64,000 nt of DNA from Octopus vulgaris. Lineage: Eukaryota. Below are positions 24,932 to 38,444 of this stretch, in pieces. Numbering within the stretch: the stretch's first letter is position 1; each line of letters starts with the position of its first letter. The position numbers were made by a program, and so were the translations under genes. Location: NCBI GenBank assembly GCA_951406725.2, contig OX597815.1:208444001-208508000 (forward strand). Direction: 5' to 3'. A model generated the notes under the pieces. It was not told where the DNA came from. It searched no databases and saw only the letters and a program-made list of their open reading frames with translations.

Positions 24932-26117
24932 TAGTTTTATTTTTATTTTTATAGCGTGCTTTCACTTCACTACCGAGCGCAGCTCTGTGTGCCTTGGGTA
25001 TGTGCTGTGATTTGTTGTGATGCTCTGATGGTTATTGTATGGAAAGTGTTCTGCGTAGGATGTGTGCAGTGCCTAGTAGTGCAATTTTCTGTATGTTATA
25101 TGTGTTTGTAAGTCCTGGTGTTTTTGTTATGTATTTGTCTGAATATTTTTTTATCATGCCTAATGCACCTACTATGATAGGAATTGTTTCTGTTTTCAGA
25201 TTCCACATTCTAGTTACCTCTATTTCCAGGTCTTTGTATTTTGAGAGTTTCTCCATTTCTTTTAGAGAAACGTTGTCATCAGCCGGTATTGATACATCAA
25301 TTAGAAAGCATTTTTTTTCTTCATGGTCTCTGACAACTATATCTGGTCTGTTGGCCTTAATTTCTCTATCTGTGTGTATCGGCATATCCCAGAGTATGGT
25401 TGCTTTCTCGTTTTCTGTGACCTTTTCTGGTGTGTGCCTATACCATCTTTTTTCTGTTGTTATTCCATAATGTTGGCATAGCTTCCAATGTATGTAGGTT
25501 CCAACTCTGTCATGTCTGTGAATATATTCCTTCTTAGCCAGGACTGGGCAGCTAGAGATAATATGATTTATTGTTTCTTGTCCATCTCCACATATTCTGC
25601 AGTTACTTGTAACATTTCTTTTCATTACATGTTTTTGGTAATTTCTGGTGGGGAGGCTTTGGTCTTGTGCTGCAATTAAAAATCCCTCTGTTTCTGCTTT
25701 GAGTCCTGAGCTTCTCAACCATTGCTGGGATTTTTCTTTGTCTATTTCTTTTGCGTTTAGTTTAGTGCAGTATTTACCATGAAGGGGCTTTTCTTGCCAT
25801 CGTTTTATCATGATTCGTTGCTGTTCTAGTTTTAGTTTGGATTTCATTTGTTTTATAGCTTTTGTTGTTTCTTCATCTTCTTCTTCTTCTTCATGTTTAT
25901 TAGGTGGTATGATTTCTTGTTTGTATTTGTCAGCTTCCTTAAATACTGAGAACAGTTTTTTGTTTTGCTCGTGTTTTGCCGCTATCTGGATCAGTTTTCC
26001 TTCCTTCTGAAGTAGATATTTTTGCAGTCCTATGGTGGTTATTTTATAGTAGTTTTCCAGCTGTATAAGGCCTCTACCACCTTCTATACGTTGTATATAT
26101 AGTCTTTCTATGTCAGA
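24929..26117 (-). mobile_element. 5'-truncated Dong/R4-clade non-LTR retrotransposon (zinc knuckle plus restriction-like endonuclease)
   Basis: Open frame 26117-25032: RLYIQRIEGGRGL, CRICGDGQETINHIISSC (CCHC), RHDRV, NRPDIVV..LIDVS..EKLSKY (PD-D/ExK). 3' UTR ends AAACTACTGAA(TAA)n; both ends lie in TAA repeats. Confidence 0.92.
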
Positions 26118-26445
26118 TTTTTTTTTATTATTATTATTATTATTGTTATTATTATTATTATTATTCAGTAGTTTTATTTTTAAAGCCATAAAAGCCACTG
26201 CCTGGTACTGCATTAGTGCATTTTCTTCTTCTTCTTCTTCTTCTCCCCCTCCTCCCCCTCCTCCTTCTTCTTCTTCTTCTTCTCCTTCTTCTCCTTCTTC
26301 TTCTTCTTCTTCTTCTCCTTCTTCTCCCCCCCTCCTCCTCTTTCTCCCCCTCCCCCTCCTCCTTCTTATTCTCCTCCCCTCCCCTCCTTCTTCTTCTTCT
26401 CCTTCTTCTTCTTCTTCTTCTTCTCCCCTTCCCTTCCGCCTTCTT

Positions 26446-26511
<66 letters not shown>

Positions 26512-26532
26512 GTTATTATTATTATTATTATT

Positions 26533-26820
26533 CAGTAGTTTTATTTTTATAGCGTGCTTTCACTTCACTACCGAGCACAGCTCTGTGTGCCTTGGGTATG
26601 TGCTGTGATTTGTTGTGATGCTCTGATGGTTATTGTATGGAAAGTGTTCTGCGTAGGATGTGTGCAGTGCCTAGTAGTGCAATTTTCTGTATGTTATATG
26701 TGTTTGTAAGTCCTGGTGTTTTTGTTATGTATTTGTCTGAATATTTTTTTATCATGCCTAATGCACCTACTATGATAGGAATTGTTTCTGTTTTCAGGTT
26801 CCACATTCTAGTTACCTCTA
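26533..26820 (-). mobile_element. Short 3' copy of the same Dong/R4 family
   Basis: EVTRMWNLKTETIP...LRRTLSIQ* plus a near-identical 3' UTR, in (TAA)n. Confidence 0.9.
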
Positions 26821-26860
26821 TTATTATTATTATCATTATTATTATTATTATTATTATTAT

Positions 26861-27170
26861 TCTATGTTTGACTTTTGCTTTATATTTGTACAAGTTGGCT
26901 CCAAGTCTCACCCAGAGACCTCAAGAGACAACAGGGTTGAAGTTCATGTTGTTGTTATGCCTAGTGTGCCATATATTTGGGGGGTGGGGATGTTGTACTA
27001 ATGAATGTCTAAAAAGAAAAAAAAAAAAAAGGTTTTTTTTTTTTTTTTTTTTTAAACCGAAAATTATGTTTGTTTTAAACCTTGAGATTACATAGAGAGT
27101 ATTTTGCGTAGGATATGAGCAGTTCCCATGAGCACTATCTTTTGAACTTCTGCCATTTTTGGGTTTCCTG
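26861..27170 (-). mobile_element. 3' end of a different Dong/R4-like family
   Basis: EVQKIVLMGTAHILRKILSM* with a distinct 3' UTR; (TAA)n on both sides. Confidence 0.7.
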
Positions 27171-27205
<35 letters not shown>

Positions 27206-28333
27206 CATTATTAATTTATATAAGAATGAATGTGGAGGTCGTGTGCTTTTTATCATTGTGACATTTAGTCAGGTGGCCAGCTGGTGGAATCATTTGCATG
27301 CTGGACAAAATGCTTAGCAGCGTTCCTTTCAGCTTTACATTATGAGTTCAAATTCTGCCAAGGCTTGACTTTACCTTTCATCATTTTACAGTTGATAAAG
27401 TAAAGTACCAATTGAAGTACCCATTGAACATTGGGATTAATCATCTCCTTCCCACAAAAATTCTTCCCTTGTGCCTAAAGAAGAAAGAATTGTTACAGTT
27501 AACTTGTGGGGTTAATTTACTGGATCACAAAAAAAAAAATTCTTTGATTTAGACAAGTGCAGGAAAGCGACACAAACTGAAGTAGTAATTTTTGAAGACT
27601 GTGATAAACAATAAAATAGAAAAAAAAATTTTTAATTTATTCTCTCTAGGTGGCCCACTATTGGTTTGTGGCCCAGTTTTTGGGGAACCCTGAATTAAAT
27701 TATTGATATTACTATGGTCAATAGTGATTAGTCATCTATCTGAATTAGGTTCCCCTTAGCCATGGTATCTAAATATGATTATGTTACAATAAATGTTTAT
27801 TTTTTCTTGACATATTTCTATAGCACAGCCTCTGTGTTATTGATAACACTTCATAAAAACTGCATTCATATATAAATGACTTTTGGTAGAGCAGAGACAA
27901 AGTAAATATCTGTCTATTTGTGTGACAGAAAACAAGGGAGTGAGTAAATGAATAGAAATCAATTATTCATTGTGACAGGAAAAAGAAGAAAAAAACCTTG
28001 CTTACTGACTTGTTTTTATTTCAGCTAATCATTTAACACACATATACAAATTTCAATATTTATACATGTGGACACATATAAACAGTCATGAATTATATTT
28101 AAATATACACACATACAAACAAACATACAAACATACATACATACATACATATATACATACATACATACATACATAAATACATACATACATACATACATAC
28201 ATACATACATACATACATACATACATACATACGTACATACATACATACATACATACAAAATGTGACCTCGTGTGTACTGTTGGCGATTTTTTTTCCTCTG
28301 TCTTCCCCTTCGCTGGATCTTTCCTTCTCCTAT

Positions 28334-28368
28334 GTTTCCGACGAAGAGCTCCGCTCGGAACGTTAAAC
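28334..28368 (+). ncRNA. Minimal hammerhead ribozyme motif with substitutions (U4C, A13G), in a repeat at about 28258-28470
   Basis: GTTT-CCGACGA-A-GAGC tcc GCTC-GGAA-CG-TT-AAAC. Stem I GTTT/AAAC, palindromic AACGTT. Confidence 0.65.
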
Positions 28369-28544
28369 CCTCCTTCTTTCCTTCTTTCCTGAGCGTCCAA
28401 TAATACTATATTTGTTCCACGTCCTCGCGTTGTTGTGTTTTTTGTGCTTTCTTGTTTGAATTAACTTTACATACATATATACATACATACATACATACAT
28501 ACATATAATCGAATAATTACTATGAAAGAATTGTGTAGAATATG

Positions 28545-28714
28545 TTGTATAAAGGACCATGGGTAAGGCCAAAACAATGCAAAGTAAATGCAAAGTAAGT
28601 CACAAGAAAACAAATATGTCGGTAAGTTTGCATTAATTCACATATTTGTTTTCTTGTGATTTACCTTGCATTTACTTCACATTGTTTTGGTCTTACCTAC
28701 GGTCCTTTATACAA
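28545..28714. repeat. Inverted repeat, about 75-bp arms
   Basis: TTGTATAAAGGACC...AAAACAAATATGT / ACATATTTGTTTT...GGTCCTTTATACAA. Confidence 0.85.
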
Positions 28715-28986
28715 TGTATATTTATATATATATATATACACATATATATATACATACATATATACACATATACATACATACTTATATATACCTAATTCTG
28801 CTCATACTTACACACTGCTTAGCTCTGACACTTTGTTATTTACCTTCATCGAGTGATCTACTAGTGCAAATCAGTCAATGAGTTGACTGAATTATACATA
28901 AGACTACAGCTTTATAAGTTCGTTCAGAGTTGCCTCTTTTAGGTCCATCTCATTGACGAAAGCCAAGTAGCTTGAAACATAGATGT

Positions 28987-29019
<33 letters not shown>

Positions 29020-29057
29020 TATATATGTGTATGTGTACACAAAACTACTGAATAATG

Positions 29058-29101
<44 letters not shown>

Positions 29102-29119
29102 GAAGAATTACACAAGAAA

Positions 29120-29937
29120 GGACTATACAATCAATTCCATGTACCCACAATAGAAGTTGCTGGAAAACATAGGTGGAATTGGCTGATGAAAGGAACCCTA
29201 AAATAGAGACCAAGAGCACTTTACTGGCAGTGCAAGACCAAGCTTTGGCCAAGAACTGGAGGGTCAACCTTAGGAATAAGCAAGTGTCTCCACCGTGCAG
29301 CATCTGCAATAGGGTGGATGAAACCATTGCCCATATCACAAACGAATGCCCGAGACTTGCCCAAAACTACTACAAGTTGTGGCAACATGACCAAGTAGCG
29401 AGAGTGCTACGTTGGAAACTGAGAGAGAAGCAAGACATGGTATGAATACAAGCTGCAGTGAGTGGTGGAGTCAGAGACTAGCAAAATCTTCTTGGATTTC
29501 CCAGTCCAAACAGATCATGTGCTAGAGCAGACCTAGTGGTGGTGGAGAAGGTGTACCGCATATGCTATTTAGTTGATGTTGCATGCCACTTTGACCCAGA
29601 AATAGGGTCAAGAGGGAAGGCGAAAAATTAGATAAATACAACCATCTTAAGTATGAAATAACCCGGCTATGGTAAATGAAGGAAGTGAAGATAGTGCCAA
29701 TTATTATTGGATCCTTGGGAACAGTATAAGAAGGCATCAAGAGAAATATAAAGGAAATTGGAATAGAGTGCCCTGTAGAACTGTTACAAAAGATTTGCCT
29801 CTTTGGCACGGCCAGAATAATCAGGAAAGAATTAGATAGCCACAAAGAATGAGTAGCATGGTACCGTAGACTGCAGGTAGTAAGCTTGCTATGAATGCAA
29901 GAGTCCAGGAGCTCCAACAAAACCTGTGATAAAGAGA
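29120..29937 (+). pseudogene. Degenerate Dong/R4-like 3' fragment (another family)
   Basis: ETKSTLLAVQDQAL, CSICNRVDETIAHITNEC, HDQVARVLRWKL, RPD-like and VDVA-like motifs, LLQKICLFGTARIIRK. Flanked by (TAA)n. Confidence 0.8.
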
Positions 29938-30007
<70 letters not shown>

Positions 30008-30022
30008 GTAATAATAATAATG

Positions 30023-30098
<76 letters not shown>

Positions 30099-30160
30099 TG
30101 ATGATAATAATAATGATGATGATGATGATGATGATGATAATAATAATAATAATAATAATG

Positions 30161-30201
<41 letters not shown>

Positions 30202-30319
30202 TATAATAATAATAATAATAATAATGATGATGATGATGATGAGAGTAATGATAATAATAATAATAATAATAATTATAATAATAATAATAATAATAATGAT
30301 GATGATGATGATGATAATG

Positions 30320-30362
<43 letters not shown>

Positions 30363-30508
30363 TGATGATAATAATAATAATGATAATAATAATAATAATA
30401 ATAATAATGATGATGATAATAATAATAATAATAATAATAATGATAATAATAATAATGATAATAATAATAATAATAATGATGATGATAATAATAATAATAA
30501 TAATAATG

Positions 30509-30545
<37 letters not shown>

Positions 30546-30595
30546 TGATGATAATAATAATAATAATAATAATGATAATAATAATAATAATAATG

Positions 30596-30626
<31 letters not shown>

Positions 30627-30640
30627 TAATAATAATAATA

Positions 30641-30681
<41 letters not shown>

Positions 30682-30706
30682 AATAATAATAATGACGATG
30701 ATGATG

Positions 30707-30748
<42 letters not shown>
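29938..30748. repeat. Compound (AAT)n/(GAT)n microsatellite, about 810 bp
   Basis: Direct reading. Confidence 0.98.
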
Positions 30749-30751
<3 letters not shown>

Positions 30752-31460
30752 TACCAAAAACATGTAATAAAAAGAAATATTACAAGTAACTGCAGAATAT
30801 GTGGAGATGGACAAGAAACAATAAATCATATTATCTCTGGCTGCCCAGTCCTGGCTAAGAAGTAATATATTCACAGACACGACAGAGTTGGGACCTATAT
30901 ACACTGGAAACTATGCCAACATTATGGAATAACAACAGAAAAAAGATGGTATAGGCACACACCAGAAAAGGTCACAGAAAACGAGAAAGCAACCATACTC
31001 TGGGATCTGCCAATACACACAGATAGAGAAATTAAGGCCAACAGACCAGATATAGTTGTCAGAGATCATGAAGAAAAAAAATGTTTTCTAATTGATGTAT
31101 CAATACCGGCAGATGACAACGTGTCTCTAAAAGAAATGGAGAAACTCTCAAAATACAAAGACCTGGAAATAGAGGTAACCAGAATATGGAACCCAAAAAC
31201 AGAAACAATTACTATCATAATAGGTGCATTAGGCATGATAAAAAAATATTCAGACAAATACATAACAAAAACACCAGGACTTACAAACACATATAACATA
31301 CAGAAAATTGCACTACTAGGCACTGCACACATCCTACGCAGAACACTTTCCATACAATAACCATCAGAGCATCACAACAAATCAGAACACATACCCAAGG
31401 CACACAGAGCTGCACTCGGTAGTGAAGTGAAAGCACGCTATAAAAATAAAACTACTGAAT
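30749..31460 (+). mobile_element. 5'-truncated Dong/R4 copy, opposite orientation to 24929-26117
   Basis: NYQKHVIKRNITSNCRICG... with one premature stop at about 30863. Same 3' UTR followed by (TAA)n. Confidence 0.92.
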
Positions 31461-31461
31461 G

Positions 31462-31495
<34 letters not shown>

Positions 31496-31727
31496 TGATG
31501 ATGATAATAATAATAACTGTAAAGATAAAATAGTTATTTTCAGGATTGTATTTATTCTGAGATCAATAAAGATTGTTTAAAGTTCCATCTTCTCTAAATT
31601 TTCCTATGGTATCTTCCATAAATAATAATAATGTTTTCAAGGGTGAGTTTGAACTTCATATAAATGAATTCCCTGCAACGCGTATGTGTGTATGCATGCG
31701 TGCGTGCATGTCTATTTGTATGTATGC

Positions 31728-31826
<99 letters not shown>

Positions 31827-32262
31827 TGTACATTGGAAAAATAGGAAATATAATGATTTCTTTCCTTTTCTCTCTTATTTTTTTTTTTTGTTCACAAAAA
31901 TAGCAAATATCTAAAATCTAAATTTAGTAATTGAATAGAACTGACAGAGAGATAAACAAAAGGAAAATTTATTGTGTTACCAGTAAAACAATTGAGATAC
32001 TTAGTAAAGGCTTATTCATTTCTAATATATTAGAAATGAAAAAAAAAAAGGCAGCGAGCTGGCAGAATTATTAGCACACTGGGCAAAATGCTTAGCAGTA
32101 TTTTGTCTGTCTTTACATTCTGAGTTCAAATTCCACTGAGGATGACTTTGCCTTTTATTCTTTAAGGGTCAATAAAATAAGTACTAATTGAGCACTGGGG
32201 TTGATGTAATCAACTTACACCCTTCCCAGTAGTTGCTGGTCTGGAGCCAAAGTTTGAAACCA

Positions 32263-32452
32263 TTACTCTTTTACTTGTTTCAGTCATTTGATTGTGGCCA
32301 TGCTGGAGCACTGCCTTTAATCGAGCAACTCGACCCCGGGACTTATTCTTTGTAAGCCTAGTACTTATGCTATCGGTCTCTTTTGTCGAACCGCTAAGTG
32401 ACGGGGACATAAACACACCAGCATCAGTTGTCAAGCAATGCTAGGGGGACAA

Positions 32453-32503
<51 letters not shown>

Positions 32504-32778
32504 TACGACAGGCTTCTTTCAGTTTCTGTCTACCAAATCCACTCACAAGGCATTGGTCGGCCCGGGACTATAGCAGAAGACACTTGCCCAAGATTCCACG
32601 CAGTGGGACTGAACCCGGAACCATGTGGTTGGTTAGCACGCTACTTACCATATTTATGTCCAAATCCACTCACAAGGCATTGGTCGGCCCGGGGCTATAG
32701 CAGAAGACACTTGCCCAAGATGCCACGCAGTGGGACTGAACCCAGAACCATGTGGTTGGTTAGCACGCTACTTACCAT
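32263..32778 (-). mobile_element. Family A SINE with a duplicated 5' segment
   Basis: 32533-32650 is repeated at 32660-32778. Confidence 0.85.
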
Positions 32779-33807
32779 ATTTAATCTCACAACCATGCTT
32801 GCCTCTGATGAGAAAACGGACGTTAAACGATGATGATGATGATGATGATATATATATATATATGTATGTGTATATGTTTGTGTGTCTGTGTTTGTCCCCC
32901 CAACGTCACTTGACAACCGCTGCTGGTGTATTTACGTCCCCGTAACTTAGCGGTTCGGCAAAAGTGACTGATAGAATAAGTACTAGGCTTACAAAGAATA
33001 AGTCCTGGGGTCAATTTGCGCAACTAAAGGTGGTGCTCCAGCATGGCCACAGTCAAAATGACTGAAATAAGTAAAAGTGTAAAGTGTAAAGTGTAAGTGT
33101 AAATTAGTAACACTATACCAACCTGTCCTAGAGTATTATTCATACTTATTTTGCTGATTTTACAGAGAGACAGATAGTCAAACTAAAGTTGTTTCTCTTG
33201 ATAGTTCCAACCCAGCACTGAGTTTGGTATGATCAATTTTTCCCTCCCTCAAACTGTGAGGCCAAGTGATTAAGTTAGTAATCAATAATCTTGTTTCATC
33301 TATCGATTTTGTTTTAATCTATTGGTTTATCTATTGATTTTCCATTTATCTATTAATCTGCATTGGAGGAAATGTTTTTCATTAGAAGTGGATTTGCCAC
33401 TTGTTTGCATGGCAGGAGCTGAATGCTTGTTATGATCATTATAGATTGCGAGGAGGTGTGGCCTTGTGGTTTGGGTGTTACACACTTGATTGCAAGATCA
33501 CGGTTTCAATTCATGGCTGGGGTGGTGCAATGTGCTCTTGAGCAAAACTCTTCACATTGCTCTATGATCACTTCAACACCTGATCTGTGGTACATTATGC
33601 ACCTGTTCAGGTAATTTGATGGAGGGAGTGAGCTAATTAGAGGACATATATTTGATCACTATAAGCAAATAGTTTGTGCAGGTTATTCAGCATGAAACTT
33701 TAGAACTATCTTTCTTGAACTTTGAGAGATGGCTATCAGACTGCGGCTACACATGAAATCCTTAAGAAAGAATTTCAAATCTTAAATTTATAATACATAA
33801 AATATTT

Positions 33808-34109
33808 CGTTTTTGGATTTGGTTTGCAAGATTCTTTATATGAGTTCGTGTGTTGAAGTATATTCTGTTGTGTCTGGGGAGAGTCATTTTCTTTTTGTGC
33901 CTTATAATGTAACACACTCACCGGTAAAATTTCCACTTATTTCTTATTTTTATTTACCTAAAATTTTCGTTGCATCTTGCAACCTTTTCAATAGTCTTGA
34001 CTCAACAAAATTTTAGAAAAATAAAAATAAGAAATAAGTGGAAATTTTACCAGTGAGTATGTTACATTTTAAGGCCCAAAAAGAAAATGACTCTCCTCAG
34101 ACACAACAG
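33808..34109 (-). mobile_element. Hammerhead-bearing palindromic insertion (PLE-style inverted ends)
   Basis: Arms at about 33865-33968 and 34005-34109; direct repeat CATAAAATATTT at 33796 and 34110. Confidence 0.75.
33958..33994 (-). ncRNA. Minimal hammerhead motif, compensatory C3U/G8A core variant
   Basis: Minus strand CTA-TTGAAAA-G-GTTGC aagat GCAAC-GAAA-AT-TT-TAG; palindromic AATT stem III. Confidence 0.6.
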
Positions 34110-34520
34110 CATAAAATATTTTTGCTTCATAATAATAATAAAAGGATGGAAATTGCAAGAGAGGGAGTTGGTTGATGTAATCGACCTCAGTGCTTGACTG
34201 GTATTTATTTTATGGATCATGAAATGATAAAATACAAAGTTGATCTCAGTGGAATTTGAACTCAGAACATAAAGACTGAGAAAATTCTGCTAAGCATTTT
34301 ATCCAAAGACCTGGCTGTTCTGCCAGCTCGAGACACAGGCGTGGTTGTATGATCAAGGAGTTTGCTTCTCGTTTCTAATTCAGTACCACCATGTAGCACC
34401 ATGGGCAAGTGTCTTCTACTACAGCCCCTGACCAGCCAAAGACATGTGTATGGATTTGGTAGACACATATTGAAAAAAAAGCAATTGCATATACATATAT
34501 ATATATGTATACATTATTAT

Positions 34521-34551
<31 letters not shown>

Positions 34552-34556
34552 ATATA

Positions 34557-34592
<36 letters not shown>

Positions 34593-34859
34593 TGTATGTA
34601 TGTATGTACGTATGAATAGTCAGCTCAAGCATATCTTATCCTCATTAGTGATTGGTAAATCTAAAATTTCTCTGGTTTAATCACCATAATATTAGAAGAA
34701 AATTTCCATGATGTGTTAAGAATTATTATAATAATTAAAATATTAATGTAAGAAAATGGTAATTTGAAGATGTATAGTAAAATATATATTTGTATCATAA
34801 TTTGTTAAGATATAAATACAAATATATTTTCAAAAAACACGAAGAAAACTCAAAAAAAA

Positions 34860-35130
34860 CCTACATATCTTTTCTTTTAGAAATAGCATTAAATGTAATA
34901 ATACAAGCCTTATCAAATTCATCTGGAAATTAAAAGATAGCAATATTAGTTTCAAAATTAGGTGGAAAACATTAGCCTTTGTGAAATCTAATAATTCCCC
35001 AGATAAAATTTGTTCCTAGTGTACAACAGAAAACTATAATATTCTATTCTCTAAAAAACAATTATTGAATAAGAGCACTGACGAAGTTTCGGCATCCCTA
35101 TGTGCACCTAAATACCCATTTTCCAAATAT
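34860..35130 (+). pseudogene. PLE GIY-YIG endonuclease C-terminal remnant
   Basis: SFRN...NTSLIKFIWKLKDSNISFKIRWKTL...ICS*CTTE...LNKS matches the PLE endonuclease tail pattern (S..IW.LK..I.WK.L..C.LC..E..LNK). Confidence 0.6.
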
Positions 35131-35483
35131 CACTAATTGATTTCCAAATTATTGTTATTAAATAGTAGATTGGATATGTTCTATATTAACCTTTAAAATA
35201 ATTTTTATTTTATAATATTGTTAAATTATAGACTAAATATATTGGTAGATATTTGAATTAGGTGTGTCCTCTAGGAATTATTAAACATTCCCTTAAAATT
35301 ATCATAAAATAAAACGATAAAACTAGATATATTAATATATATCTGATTAGGATTAATACATTGTTGTATTGTAGATGTTATGATGTAATATATTCAATTG
35401 TTAGAGATATTACCATATTAATACCTGAATATATAATAAAAGATATTTCTAGATATACACACACATATATATATACACATTAA

Positions 35484-36070
35484 TAACCCTTTCTACTGTA
35501 GGCACAAAGCTCGAAATTTGGTGGGAGGGAGCCAGTCGATTAGATCGACACCAGTGTGTAACTGGTACTTAATTTATCGACCCCCAAAGGATGAAAGGTA
35601 AAATCGACCTTGGCAGAATTTGAATTCAGAACGTAAAGATAGACGAAATACCTATTTCTTTACTACCCACAAGGGGCTAAACACAGAGAGGACAAACAAG
35701 GACAGACAAACGGATTGAGTCGATTATATCGACCTCCCAGTGCATAACTGATACTTATTTAATCAACCCCGAAAAGATGAAAGGCAAAGTCGACCTCGGC
35801 GGAATTTGAACTCAGAATGTAGCAGCAGACGAAATACCTATTTCTTTACTACCCACAAGGGGCTAAACACAGAGAGGACAAACAAGGACAGACAAACGGA
35901 TTAAGTCGATTATATCGACCCCAGTGGACGACTGGTACTTAATTTATCGACCCAGAAAGGTTGAAAGGCAAAGTCGACCTCGGCGGAATTTGAACTCAGA
36001 ACGTAGCAACAGACAAAATACCGCTAAGCATTTTGCCCGGTGTGCTAACACTTGCGACAGCTTGCCACCT
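35484..36070 (-). mobile_element. Tandem trimer of family B SINEs
   Basis: Three successive Meta-like domains (CCGAAAGGATGAAAGGCAAAGTCGACC-like on +). Confidence 0.85.
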
Positions 36071-36856
36071 TATATATACATTAATAATAAGAGATTTATT
36101 ATTTCAATTAATAAACTATTGGACATTTTACCTTAATATACAAAACTATAATTTAAACATAATACATATATGTGTGTGTGTGCGTGTGTGTGTGTGTATG
36201 TGTGTGTACATAAGTAGAAATAATCATTCATTTATTCCAATGTATATGGCTGTGTGCCTTTATTTACATAAATTCTAACTTAAACATATTACTGTTTTTA
36301 AACATTTATACACATTTAATAAATATTTATGTAATATTGACTTATTTTATTTTACTTAATTGTATCCAGTTTTATTACAAAATACATGAATGTATTATAA
36401 ATAAATTCTTATAAGTAAATAGTATAACTTTTCACAGTTACATAAATAATTCAGTTTTATATTAACTCCCAATTAGATACTTGAATGAACTAACAAACAG
36501 GTCTATGAAATATTCAATTGGTTTTTTTTTTTTTCTTTAACTAAACACAAATTAATGATATACATAAAATATACATAATATACATAGAAAGAAATGTAAT
36601 ATGCATTTTCTTAGTATATAAATATATGAACTGATAGATCTGTATTCTTAGATTTCTATATCTTCTATTATACTTTAATTTTAATTTATTCTGTTTATCC
36701 CCTTTTTATTTTATTTTATTTTCGTTTTTACCCCCCTTTTAGAACAAACACAGAATTATATACGACTGCATATATACTAACTGCATTATATTTAACCAAT
36801 TGTTAAACATAAATATATATATATATATAAGAAAACATATATGCTTACTGTATACA

Positions 36857-36910
<54 letters not shown>

Positions 36911-37189
36911 AACTTGAATAATACATCAATTAAAACATTGAATATTCAAATTTGAGTAGATACTAACATATATATAAACAATTAGATTTGATTAAATATG
37001 ATTCGATGAACATGTATACATGAATATTTACTAGTATCTGCAAGCATACCAATGGAAATTATACAATTATAGCGATTTATTTATTATTTATTATTTATTG
37101 TATATTTTCCTAATTTATTTACTTTATTTTATTACATAATTATTTTCCATTAAAGATATAACAATGTTTTATTATTCATACTACACTTC

Positions 37190-37592
37190 TACTCTTTTAC
37201 TTGTTTCAGTCATTTGACTGCGGCCATGCTGGAGCACCGCCTTTAGTCGAACAAATCAACCCCAGGACTTATTCTTTGTAAACCTAGTACTTATTCTATC
37301 GGTCTCTTTTGCCGAACTGCTAAGTTACGGGGACGTAAACACACCAGCATCGGTTGTCAAGTGATGTTGGGGGAGGGGGGGGGGCAAACACAGACACACA
37401 AACACACACACATATACATATACATATGTACGATGAACTTCTTTCAGTTTCCGTCTACCAAATCCATTCACAAGGCTTTGGTCGACCCAAGGCTATAGTA
37501 GAAGACACTTGCCCACGGTGCCATGCAGTGGGACTGAACCCGGCACCATGTGGTTGGTAAGCAAGCTACTTACCACACAGCCACTCCTGTGC
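37190..37592 (-). mobile_element. Family A SINE
   Basis: Full-length match to other family A copies. Confidence 0.9.
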
Positions 37593-38329
37593 TTATATTA
37601 TTCATATATATTTTTTTAAATATGTTTATTTTATTTTATATTTACTTTTACTTACTTGAATTATAACCTTAGCAAATATCTACATGCAATATTTATGAAA
37701 TAACATGTGAAACTTTTTTAGTTTTTTATTTGAATCTCTTCGAGAGAGATGTAACCTTTGTTATTATTAAAACAAAATCTCTGAAATGATTTTATCCCTT
37801 ACAGCTTGAATTCTTAACATTGGATTTAACCCAAATGCTTTGAACTATGCATTACCAAGAGGCCAGAATCGAAACATATGCCAGGCTTTTGAGTCTTCTA
37901 TTGTGATTTTTGAAAATTTATTTGTATTTATACCTTAACGACAAACTATGATACAAATAAATTAAATATATATCCTCAACTCTCCGTTTTCATACAATTT
38001 TAATTTTACCGACATCATCATCATCATCATCACTTAACGGGTGTTTTCCTATGCTCGCATGGATTGGATGGTTTGACAGGAACTGGCAAGCCAGGGGACT
38101 GGACCGAGTTCCATTGTCAGCTTTGACATGGTTTCTGTGACAGGATACCCCTCCGGGTGCATATTCCATGGCACCAGCATTGGCAGGGTTACTATGAGAC
38201 TTCTTGGAGACTAGGAGTGGGAACAGCATTGTAGAACATAGCTTTGTACCAACTGGTGAGATGTAAAAACTATAATGGAAGGGTAGAAATAGGTGTCTTG
38301 CTGTAGAGGAGACACATGGATACCCCAAT

Positions 38330-38361
<32 letters not shown>

Positions 38362-38444
38362 ATGTATATATATATGTATGTATATATGTATATATATATA
38401 TATGTATATACATACATACATACATATATATATGCGTGTGTGTG

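Noticed and set aside
25032-26213. 393-aa ORF as an intact gene
   Set aside because: The N-terminus is assembled from flanking repeat and (AAT)n; the rest is a 5'-truncated retrotransposon lacking RT.
29522-30904. 460-aa poly-Y/H and 287-aa poly-N/D ORFs
   Set aside because: Read-through of the (AAT)/(GAT) array.
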